Shown here in pieces: positions 14,301-26,300 of a DNA stretch of 64,000 nt; within the stretch, counting starts at the first letter, position 1, and every line of letters starts with the position of its first letter. Position numbers and translations under genes: made by a program. Source of the stretch: Macrostomum hystrix. Its lineage: Eukaryota; Animalia; Platyhelminthes. The notes under the pieces are model-generated. The model ran no database searches. It was not told where the DNA came from and was given only the letters and a program-made list of their open reading frames with translations. The DNA is taken from contig CATNEN010000025.1 of assembly GCA_950097015.1 (NCBI GenBank), forward strand, positions 9,176,001 through 9,240,000, in the 5' to 3' direction.

Positions 14301-17300
14301 CTGTTCAGTCCATGGACTGGCAAGGTACCCATTTTACAACAACAACAACAACACAACAAAGTACGCTGTCAGGTGGAAAAGGCAGCGTTACAGTGCACGC
14401 TTCAGAGCCTGGGCGCAAACAAAGGCCGCACCGCCGGCAGTGTCCGGGGCGCCAGCATCGGCCAGCAGGCAGTCGACGAAACGCCGAGTTCGGGCCTGGC
14501 CGCGCCGGTAGGGTGCCTGCAGCGTTAGCAGCAGCACCTCCTGCACCGGCTGCGGGCAGTAGGACTCGGCGCGGATGATGTGGCCTGCAAGCTGGAGTCG
14601 CCGAAGTCGCAGCAGTTCACTCGGACGGGCCAGGCCGGCGCGACGATAGAGTGCCGCGTTAGTGATCCGCTCGTCGCTGATCTTAAAGGCGGCACGCAGC
14701 AGGCCAGCGTGCGCCACGTTGACTTGCTGTTCTAGCGAATCAGTCAGCGTCCACGTCTCGGCGTTGTACAACAGGACGGTCTCGACCACCGCCTGGAATA
14801 GCGCCGCCCTCTGGCGATCAGGTAGGGCCTCGGACTGCAGGACCGCCCTCACAGAACGAAAGGCAGCCCAAGCGTACCGGCGGCGACGCCGCAGATCTTC
14901 GCGGACGTCAGGTACCAGACCGCCGAGGTAGACGAACTGCTGACAGCGCGGAAGCTCCGTTACCTGCCCGTCAGCGCTTCGGCAGAAAATTGCGGCCTCG
15001 ATGTCGCCCGGCACGCAGAGCACAACGGTCTTCTTCGTGTTGACCAACAGGCCGACGCTCGCTGCAGCGCTAATCAGCTTATCCAGCTGGCGCTGGGCGT
15101 CCTCTACGGTCGAGGACAGCAGGGCGAGGTCATCGGCGTAGCCAAGCACGCTGAGCCGCTTCTCCGGTTGACGTCGACCCACGCGTCGCCGCAGTAGGAA
15201 GCCGTCTTCATCGGTAGGAAGAGCAGTTCGTAGCACCCAGTCAAGCACCAGGACGAACAGGAACGGCGCTAGAGTGTCCCCCTGGAGCACCCCGGAGGAT
15301 GTCTCGAAGGGGTCCGACAGGCCGTCCGGCGTCATCACAGCTGCTCTCGTAGCACAGTACAACGCCATGATGGCGGAGATCAGCTGTTCTGGCACATGAT
15401 ACGCGCGGAGCACATGTGGGAGCGCAGCCCTCGCAACCGAGTCGAAAGCCTTCATGAAGTCAATGAAGACAACGATCAGGTCCAGCTGGCGCGTGCGCGC
15501 CTCCTCGATGATTCGGCGAAGAGCTAGGATCTGCGTCACTGCGCCACGGTGGGGCCGAAACCCGTTCTGCTCAGGTCGCAGGTAGGGATCCAGCACGGGT
15601 TGCAACCGCGATAGCAGCATCCGGTTGAACAACTTCGCAGCACAGGATTGCAGGCAGATGCCTCGGTGCTCGTCTAGCCGCGTAGTGCCCGGCTTCTTTG
15701 GAATGGCGATGATGTGCGCCATGGTCCACTCAGTGGGTGCCACCTCACCGGAGAGCACGCGGTTCATCACACGGGCGACCTCACTGGCCACACAGTGGAT
15801 GCGCAGCGCCTCGATGGGCACCTCGTCCGGACCCAGCGCCTTGCCGCCCGGCGTCTTCTGGGCGAGCATTAAGACTTCAGCCATGGTGACTGGTGCAACG
15901 TTAAAACTGTCCTCTGACGGCAACGGCGTCTCTGGCGGCAGCGTCAGGATGTTGGGCAGCGGGGGTGGCGGCGCGTTGACTATGGCGGCGAAGAACTCGC
16001 GTAGCTCGTTTCTGCGCTCATCTGCAGTGTCGCCTGCCAGATTCAGTTGGATGCGCCGCTTCCGCCCTGTCAGAGCATTAATGGCGGACCAGGCCACGCG
16101 CCCTCTGGCGTCGGGCCCAGCGGCAGAGACGGCCCTGACAACTTCATCAACTGCGGCTTGCTGCCGCTGCAGATAGACAGACGCCAGAGCCTCCTCCGCC
16201 TCGCGAGTAGGTCGCCTGCTCAGACGGAGCTCTTCCAGATCTTCCCTCGCTTGCTGAATCGCGGGGTCGTCTTGCCAGACCGGCTGCCCACGCTGGGCCG
16301 GTTGCATCAACGGGACCGCTTGTTCCGCGGCGGCTCGTACTGCGGCGCTCACATCCGCGTACTCGGCACCTCCACGCTTGCCGCCGAGCGCAGTGATGAA
16401 GGCGCTAGCGAAGTGGCAGTGCGTTCCGGCGTCTTTGAGAGCGCGGTAGTAGCGCCGCGGTGGCCGCTTTGGCGGACGGTAGAGCGGATCGCGTAGCTCG
16501 AGGTCGCAGATGAGTAGCCGATGATCGGATCGCAGAGCCAGCGGCGTAATAGTGCGGCAGTTGATAGCGCGGCGGCGCTCACGGGAGCGCAGAAGCACGT
16601 GATCGATCAGTGCTAGCCTCCGTGTAGCGAACCGGCCACGCGCGTTCCGCCGCCTCCGTTTGCAGCCCACGAAAGTCGCGAGCCTGCTTGGTGGCTTGCG
16701 GAAGCGGGTGTTGGCCGACACCATATCCTGCCTCTCCAGGAAGTCCTCCAGCGCCTGGGTGTTGCCGTTCTCGCGGGGCGTCACAAACAGCGACCGCTCG
16801 GACCTACGCGGAACCGCGTTTAGGTCTCCGAGTACGATCACCGTGTCGCGCTGCGAAGTCTCCTCCACGCGCGCAGAGAGCTGCTCGAAGAAGTCCTGAG
16901 CCTCATCTGGGCGGGTGGCAGGTGGCGCGTACACGCAGAACAGGCGAGCATTCCGGCCGCGAAGCCGGACGTCTACCCGAAGCATCCGGGGGGACAGGGA
17001 AGAGCAGCGATAGCTCTGCTGCAGTCTCGGGCCGATCAGTGCTCCAACTCCTCCACGGCCTCGTTGATCCGCTGAGGTGTACCAGAGTGTCCAACCGGAG
17101 CCCAGGTCCTCACAGTGAAGTCCAGGCTCGGCTCTGATAGACACCTCCTGAAGTGCGATGACATCACAGCTGAGGTCGAGCGCTAGCTTCGCCAGCAACC
17201 CTCTCCGCCAGGCGGCCTTGAGAGTGCGGCAGTTCAGCGTCCCGACTCGAAGTGTGCCCTGTGGTACAGCTGGGGCTCGGTAGTGTTGAGCCTCATGGTC

Positions 17301-20300
17301 TCCGGCGCCGCACAGAAGACCCAGATGGACTCGCATGGCAGCAGCTCGGCGCGCGGCGCCACGTTGCCGGCCTCGCCGGTTTCGCTCGCGTCGGCGCTCA
17401 ACTCGCCGGTGCGCGCTCCGCTGCCCCCGCTTTGTCCTGCCGCTGTTGGCCGCCGCAGCAGTTAAGCGCGGCTCACCGTCTTGACCACGAGGAGGTCGCG
17501 GCATTTATCTGCACCGATGTGCAAATAAGTTAAGACTGCAAATAAGTTAAGACTGCAAATAAGTTAAGACAAATTTGCATTTTACAACATAGTGAACTGA
17601 AGCGACATCGCAGCCACCTCCAAACTCACCTGTTCCAGTGCCCGGATTTCACAACTTTCCCCTACCTTCGAGCCGCCGCCATCGACAAGAAGGAGACGAC
17701 GGCGCACGGCGACGCCGCTTCGTCGATTCCCGCCCCCTCTGGGCAGCCGCCGTTGTACACAACTAGTTCAACAACCGCTCCGCCAGTTCCCACCGGCCCA
17801 GTGGACTACTGTGTTCAGCAGGCCACCCTTGAGTTGACGCCAGACCCAAGACTGTACGATGTTGAAACTAATCGACGGAATTCCACTTCGCATGTGCCGC
17901 CAAATATCTACGATTCTTGTGAGTACGGATGCTTGTGAGTACGGGTGCTTGTGAGTACGGATGCTTGTGAGTACGGATGCTTGTGAGTACGGATGCTTGT
18001 GAGTACGGATGCTTGTGAGTACGGGTGCTTGTGAGTACGGATGCTTGTGAGTACGGATGCTTGTGAGTACGGATGCTTGTGAGTACGGATGCTTGTGAGT
18101 ACGGAGAGTGTACGAATGTGGAGTGTGGACTCGCCAAAGAATCGAACTCGGGACCTTGGCATAATGTCAATTTAAAAAAATTAGAAGTGCTTGTCGAGTG
18201 CAATCACCTGATTTCTTGTCAGCCAACGAGATTTTAAACGTTGCAAACTGGACCAGCAGTCTGGACGATGTGTTCATCGCCAATGCGCAGTCTGACTCCA
18301 CGCTGAAGTGGCAGTACTTCGGCACCACCGAGGGTATGTTCAAGATCTACCCCGGCATCCAGTGGTATGTTCAGACTAAATTCTACACTAGAAAGGATGT
18401 GGACATGCCGATAGACATGTTTGATTGCAGGACCCAGTACTGGTGAGTTGTATGATCAATTCTGCTTCATTCGAATATGAACTAAAATTTAGGATGCAAT
18501 CACAACGATAGCGAAACCCCATCCAGGTATCTGCTAGCGGCCACCTACCCTAAAGACATGGTGATTCTGATTGATAATAGCGGATCCATGAAGGGCAGAG
18601 GATCGATAATGGCTAACAAGACTCTGACTGAGATTCTGCACACTCTCAATGTTAACGACTTCTTCAATGTTGTCATGGTGAGTTGGCTTAGTTCAGCTTT
18701 GAGCACAACTCAAAGGTGCTGCATGTTTGGTGAATGACAAATCAATGATAAAAGTGAAGGACTTGTATTAGACTAAATCGTGTGATTTCGCTGACTCCTG
18801 TGCACACACTCACACAGGTGTGTACATCTGCCCTGACTTTCTGATCGTCAGGCAGGGTACATTTTCACAGTGCCTTGGAGATTGGCCCTCAGGGCTTAAA
18901 TTGCTCGACAAGCCGCCTTAAGTATTCTCTCCGCGGCTGCGCCCCAGATGAACTTGGCCTAGCTGAGGAATCGAGCTCAGGGACCTTACCCCCGAGTGGA
19001 ATGACTTAGTAGGTCATCCTAAATTCGTATTACAGTTCATGAACATGTCCGTCAAGTACATCTCGGAAGCCTTCAATCGCACCATGCTGCAAGCAACGGA
19101 GATGAACAAAAATGTGAGTTATTGATGCTTATTTAATATTTATAATAAGAAACTAGCATTTTTACTATAAGTAGTATAATCAAGAACTTAGTTATAACTT
19201 TACAGAAAGTGATGGAGCTGATCAGCCAGGACGAGGAGAAGAACCCGGCCGTGCGGCAGTTCTCACCGCAGGGCGTGTCAGATTTTCACCTGGCTCTGGT
19301 TGAAGCCTTCGAGCTGCTGCGCCTGGCTAAAAACCAATCAGCTAGTGGCTCGTCCGGTGGAGTGCAGACTATCATGCTCATCACGGACAGTGCGCCGGAG
19401 GAGTTTGTTGACGTCTTTCAGAAGTACAATCCGGATGTAAGCCGGAGATGCTTAACGTTGTGATTAGGTTGGTAGGGTTTGGGGTGGTGGGTTAGGGGTT
19501 GGTGGGTTAGGGAGTGGGTTAGGGAGTGGTGGGTTAGGGGATGGTGGGTTAGGGAGTGGTGGGTTAGGGGATGGTGGGTTTGGTAATGTGGGTTTGGGGG
19601 TGGGTTAGGGGGTGGGTTAGGGGGTGGGTTAGGGGATGGTGGGTCAGGGGATGGTGGGTTTGGGAATGTGGTTTAGGGGGTGGTGGGTTTGGTAATGTGG
19701 GTTATGGGGTGGTTTAGGGGGTGGTGGGTTTGGTAATTTGGGTTAGGGGGTGGTTTAGGGGGTGGGTTAGGGGATGGTGGGTCAGGGGATGGTGGGTCAG
19801 GGGATGGTGGGTCAGGGGATGGTGGGTTTGGGAATGTGGGTTAGGGGGTGGTGGGTTTAGAGGGTAGTCGGTTTGGGGTTGGTGGGAATGTGTCGCTCAC
19901 CCCGAATAGCCGGGGAACCTGGGCCAATCCGGTGCGAGGGAGTTAAAAGAAACAGCTTTCCCACTAAAACATTGAGGATTTAAATTTTCTATCCCCACCC
20001 CTGAAACCGCTAACTATCTGAAACAGCGTCAGATCCGTCTGTTCACCTTTCTGATTGGGCAAGAGGCCACAGATGAGGACACGGTGAAGGCCATGTCCTG
20101 CAACAATCGGGGCTACTTTGTACAAATTGCCACCCTGGCCGACGTCAAGGAGAACGTCCAGGTAAGAAGGCATCAATTTCATGAAAAACTGAGACTAAAC
20201 TACTACTAGTAGATTGCATCGGATGTGTGCTTTTGCCACACTGATAATTTAGTAAATTTAAACTGCTATGACAAATTTTTCGATGCGTGAACCATTGTGT

Positions 20301-23300
20301 GTCTATTGATCCATGTCACGTTTCATGTCACATGATGTACTTTGATAGAGTGGATGGTAAATTGCTGGTAAAAGTCTGGTGCCATTTCACTGAACAAGCA
20401 TAATTATAATTCAAACTCTCTAGCGGTACATACCGGTGATGGCGAGAACGAATGCGCTTCAACGCGACTACTTTTTTGTATGGACCGGGGTGCATCAGAA
20501 TCAAATTAAAACTCAGGTAAGAATGGCAACCTGACACTTTTTGCATTTTACTAGAAGTCTTATCACTCATGTGTTGTACAATAGCTTATTCTATAGTAAA
20601 CACTGGACCCGCAGACAGGGAGGAGGCAATTCTCCCCATTTCGCTGGCTGACTCCTGAGCACACAGATACTGTACGCAGGCATACGCTCACACGCACAGG
20701 TGTGTACGTCTGCCCTGACTTTCTCATCGTCAGGCAGTGTGCACTTCACTGTACATTGGAGGTTGGCCCTCAAGGGCGTAAATTGCATGACAAACCAACC
20801 AAGTCTTCTCTCCGCGGCTGCGCCCCAATCGAATGTGGCCTCGCCGCGGAATCGAGCTCAGGGACCTTGGTGCGAGAGGCAAACGCGTTTGACACCTATG
20901 CCACTAACCCCTCAAGGGCGAATTAAGTAACTTTAAATTAATTGGTCGTGAAGGTTTTAGTTGCTGCTATTTTTAGAAAATCGTATTCAGGAAGCCCCTT
21001 CTTAGCCACCGCACGCCAAAACACGTGACTGACTTAAGCCAATGAAAATTTAAAGACCGATTTTTATCAAATTCGATTCATTTCACTTCAAGTTTGCTGT
21101 TGAAGTGAGTCACTGATAACCCACAAATAATTTCTTAAAGGTGACAGTTTACTTTACCAAAAGATAGATATATTATTGTTAGCCGTATAACTGTACGGTT
21201 CTTAAGAATATGAAATTATGAGGGTTTGATTGCCACTCGACCTGCCAATTGAAATCGAACCTCTGTACAATGTCACGCCGCTCCCACACGCACCGCACGA
21301 CAATCCGTGTGGAACCCCGAGGCACCGCAAATCCACGTGGCTCCAGCTACGCTGCAGGATTCACACACTGGCGGCTTCACCACCTTCCCTCCCATGACTG
21401 CCAGCACGGCCTCTTCAATCCTGAATGCGACCCAGGCGCCGCCGACAACCCAGACTGCCACCAAATCGCAGCAGCAGCAGCAGCAGGCTCGTTTAAAGAG
21501 CGAACTTCAGCAGCATCAGAGAAAAGAGGAGGATCCAAGAGTGGTAATTAGGGAGCGATGTAATCTAGGATCTATAAAACATTTGTTTGCTATAGGTCTA
21601 ACTTCAGTTTAACACCACTCGTTTCTTACTATCATCCAAACAGCATTAATCATCGGTTCTAATCACCCACAAAATTAGTGCTCTTACTCGTACTTTTCAA
21701 ACAGGATGTACATCGTTAAAAATGTGTTGTCTTTTTTTAGTCTAGTTGACTTAAACTTTACAGCAGGGTTTTGGTAACGTCACATACCTTGGGTGCAAAT
21801 GAGAGTTGTGAAACAATCGTTTTGAGATGAGATACGGGAGAGATGAGACACGGGAGAGATGAGACACGGGAGACATGAGACACGGGAGACATGAGACACG
21901 GGAGACATGAGACACGGGAGACATGAGATACGGGAGAGATGAGACAGGGGAGAGATGAGACACGGGAAGAGATGAGACACGGGAGAGATGAGACACGGGA
22001 GAGATGAGACACGGGGAGATGAGACACGGGAGAGATGAGACACGGGAGAGATGAGACACGGGAGAGATGAGACACGGGAGAGATGAGACACGGGAGAGAT
22101 GAGACACGGGAGAGATGAGACACGGGAGAGATGAGACACGGGAGAGATGAGACACGGGAGAGATGAGACACGGGAGAGATGAGACACGGGAGAGATGAGA
22201 CACGGGAGAGATGAGACACGGGAGAGATGAGACACGGGAGAGATGAGACACGGGAGAGATGAGACACGGGAGAGAGCAGATGCGACAATAGAGAGATAAG
22301 ACAGAGTTGAGGTGTGTGAAGGGGCCAGTGTGCGGGACTCAAGAGCATTGCAGAGCTGTAAGTCGCCAATGTCAAAGAGCTTACAGACCTCGAGCTTCAG
22401 AGTTCTACCAGTAAATTTCCTTAATAAATCTAACAGCCCTCCAGCATGATGCTAATAAACTGTATTTTAAACCGCAAACTAAAACGCGCTGAATAATTTA
22501 TTATGGCAGTATGAGTTTCCTTATCCTTATTGCGCTTGTGAAAATCTAGTAAAATGTGCTTAAATTTGTTTGTTTTTTAAGTTTAATTAAACTTGACCTC
22601 TAGCATAGAAAATGCAACCAAACGAATTTACGTTGTTCTTAATCGCTTAAAATCGTTAATTCGCAATATTCGTAGATTTAGCACTGACTTATAATTCAGC
22701 TGAAAAATACTTTCTCTTTTATAGGCACTCTCAGATAGACCGGTAAGTTCAGAAAAAAATTGTCGCCAGCTAAAATACGAGTATTTTCCTTCGAAAATGT
22801 CTTTACTAGAAGTTCCTTACAATTTTTTATACGCACACATGTGAAAACTGAGTGTGGTTGAGCATGCCTGGCTGTCCCGAAATAAGAAAGCTTTATGAAT
22901 TCTCTACATTTTAGCTGACGCTTTTGAGAGATGGGTGAAATGGGGGTTTTACGGGGACTTACCGGGATCTCCACGGGATGATTGAGTCATCGTCAGAGCA
23001 CTGCACCAGTGATGTGGCACGTGTTTTTGCATTCAATTAATATTTGTTTGTTTTGCTATCGCAGCAAGTATTGTTATACTATGCCTGAGCCACTAGCAAA
23101 GTTTTGAAAATCATTTCTGAAATAACTTAATTTCATTTGAACTTTGTTGCAGAAGAACAAGTTATTTGCGTCAGTGGCACAGGCTGCCTACGATATCCGT
23201 GTTAATCAATCCGTGAGTTTCTGTCTGTGCTATGGATTCTATCATTCTGATTCGTTCATTGATTAATTGATTGAAATTCGACTGGATTAAGGCTCGACAT

Positions 23301-26300
23301 ACCGTCGGGAACCTCATCGGAGTGGCCGGCCTTGACATCCCGGTGGACCAGTTCGAACGACTGGCCCCCGCCTGGGAGCTGGGCGTGTTGGGCTACATCT
23401 TCATGGCTACAAACAATGGCTTCATTCTGTTTCATCCGGAGTTCCGGCCCGTTAATGTAAGACGGCGAGATAGTGGGTATTAGAAGTTGGGGTGTTTGGG
23501 GTGGTTGGTGTTTGGGGTGGTGGGTGTTTGGGCTGGTGGGTGTTTGGAGTGGTGGCTGTTTGGGGTGGTGGGTGTTTGGGGTGGTGGGTGTTTGGGGTGG
23601 TGGCTATTTGGGGTGGTGGCTGTTTGGGCTGGTGTGTGTTTGGAGTGGTGGCTGTTTGGGGTGGTGGGTGTTTGGGCTGGTGAGTGTTTGGAGTGGTTGG
23701 TGTTTGGGATGGTGGCTGTTTGGGGTGGTGGGCGTTTGGAGTGGTGGCTGTTTGGGGTGGTGCGTGTTTAGGGTGGTGGGTGTTTGGGGTGGTGGATATT
23801 TGGAGTGGTGGCTGTTTGGGCTGGTGGCTGTTTGGGGTGGTGGCTGTTTGGGGTGGTGGCTGTTTGGGGTGGTGGCTGTTTGGGGTGGTGGCTGTTTGGG
23901 GTGGTGGCTGTTTGGGGTGGTGGCTGTTTGGGGTGGTGGCTGTTTGGAGTGGTGGCTGTTTGGGGTGGTTGGTGTTTGGGGTGGTTGGTGTTTGGGGTGG
24001 TTGGTGTTTGGGGTGGTTGGTGTTTGGGGTGGTTGGTGTTTGGGGTGGTTGGTGTTTGGGGTGGTGGGTGTTTGGGGTGGTGGCTGTTTGGGGTGGTGGC
24101 TGTTTGGGGTGGTGGCTGTTTGGGGTGGTGGCTTTTTGGGCTGGTGGCTGTTTGGGGTGGTGGCTGTTTGGGGTGGTGGCTGTTTGGGGTGGTGGCTGTT
24201 TGGGGTGGTGGCTGTTTGGGGTGTGTAGAGGCTTTGGTTAGTAGTCGAAAGCTTGCTCAACTGAGCGCTGCCCAGTTGCTTGCTCAACTGAGCGCTAGCC
24301 AGCGGGCGACAATATATATATTTGGTTCTCAACTTCTATTTCAAACTAAGTAACTTCTATTTCGCCGGCGGCTCTCCGGCTGGCGTTAGTAACTTCAATT
24401 TCGTCCGCGAGACCGGCCTGCCCAAGTTAGGGTAAATCAATCTCACAAAAAGTAACTTCTATTTCGTCTCTTCAGCACAGCGATTTGTGTTTGCGTCCGC
24501 TCTGTGAAATACGGACTTTGTCCTTGCCTTTGATCTTCGCCGACGCCGCCACCGACTCCGCCGCAGTGGAATTTTAATAATTTTTTCCGAGTGTCGAGAG
24601 ATTTATGGCCCTGTGAATATATGACCATATAGCACAGAATCACAATAAATTCAGCTAATTGGATAGCGCCGACACTTTCACATCCAGCCGCTCTTGAAGC
24701 TCCAATCTTATTATAATATATTTAATAATATTAATATATATATTGGGAACGAGATCTCTCTCTCAATCATGTCACACAACTTTGTTCAAGTCACAGAAAT
24801 GCCTCGCGGAAATTACGGAAAGGTGTCTCAAACAGACCGCCAGCGCCTGATCTCTGCATTTGAAGAAAATGCTGACTGGCTGCAGCTTGCTGTCCAGTTG
24901 GGGATCAACAAGCAAACGGCTCGATCCATCATTACGCGTTTCCGTCGCACTGGACTGCGGGATCCAGCTCGACTGGTTTTGCACGCGCGCGGCAGGGGGC
25001 ACCTCGAGACGTTCGGCGGCGATGCACGGCCTCCCGCCGTCCGTGCCTGCGCCTGGGGTGGCGCCGGTAGCAGCGCTGTATGTGCCTCTGGTGGCGCTGC
25101 TGGTGCCGCTGCCGCTGGTGGCTCCACTGGTGGCGTTGACCCGGCTGGTGGCGGTGGCGTCGGTGGCTGGTCGATTGCGGGCAGGTGCTTGAGGTCCGTG
25201 ATGTGGCGCATGCAGGTCTGGCGCCCTCTGCTCAGCACCAGGGAATCGCCCTTTACCTCGTCGATGGTCCAGGGCTCCGGATCGAAGGGTGTCTTTGTCT
25301 TGGCCGCTGGTCGCCGCCTGTGTAGCACCGAGTCGCCGGCTCTAATGTCGTGGCTTGTGGCCCTTCGGCGGTCGTCGGCGTACCGGGCCATCCGCTGCTT
25401 GGCCTCGTCGCGGGCCCTTGATGCACGCCAGGTTGCGCGGCTGCTGGCGTCGCTGTTGCACGCTGGGGATGACGTCATGGACCTGCCGCTGGAACGAAGT
25501 CCCAGCCTTGGTCTCTGCATCACGGCTGGCGTCGACCCCGTGCTCGAATGTGGGGTGTTGAGGTAGGCTTCTAGCCAGTCCTCCAGAGCCTCCCGCCAGT
25601 CTGTTGACTCGATGTTGGCAATCCTGACGGTCTTGTTGATTGATCGGTTGACGCGTTCCGTGACGCCGTTTGCCTCTGGGTGGTACGATGTGACGAGACG
25701 CTGCTGGATGCCGTTGCTGCCGAGGTAGTCGCGGAACGCTTGCGAACTGAACGGCGGCCCGTTGTCGGACACGAGCTGGGTCGGCCTGCCGAACGTGGCG
25801 AAAAGTTTTCGCAGCTGCTTGGTGACGTAGCCGTCATGGACGACATGCTGATGACGATTGGGTACCGGGAGAAGTGGTCCACAATGACCAGCAGGTGACG
25901 GTTTTGCACCGGTCCGGTGAAGTCGATGCCCAGAGTGTGTCAGGCGTACGGCGGCAGCGGCGTGGCCTGCAGCGGAGCCGCCGGGACTGCCGCTCGATGG
26001 CTCGCTGCTTGGCACGGCAGGCAGGCGTCGCACATGCGCCGCGCTTCTCCAACCATGCCTGCCACCAGACCTTCGCGGACAGTCTGGCCTGTGTCTTCTT
26101 GTCTCCCTGGTGTCCTTGGTGCGCTAGGCGCAGCACTGCTTGTCGTAGAGCCTCGTGGACGACAATCCGGTGTCCTCGTAGCAGGACCCCGTCGGATGCG
26201 GACAGCTCCTGCTTCAGCGCATGCAGGGACCGCAGCGTTTCGTCGCGAAGGTCCCAGTCACCTCCGCGAAGGGCCGCGATGGCTGCCCGCAGCGCTTCGT

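Larger units (their letters stand above)
14342..17577 (-). mobile_element. Full-length RTE-type non-LTR retrotransposon with 12-bp target-site duplication
   Basis: Identical CATTTTACAACA at 14330-14341 and 17578-17589; (TTG)n 3' tail on the minus strand; single ORF with APE and RT domains. Clade call rests on the single ORF, short UTRs and microsatellite tail. Confidence 0.9.

Noticed and set aside
14662-17533. Plus-strand ORFs over the RTE, and similar shadow ORFs over the Gypsy fragment, GPCR, Rbfox and VAChT
   Set aside because: Antisense or off-frame shadows of GC-rich coding sequence.
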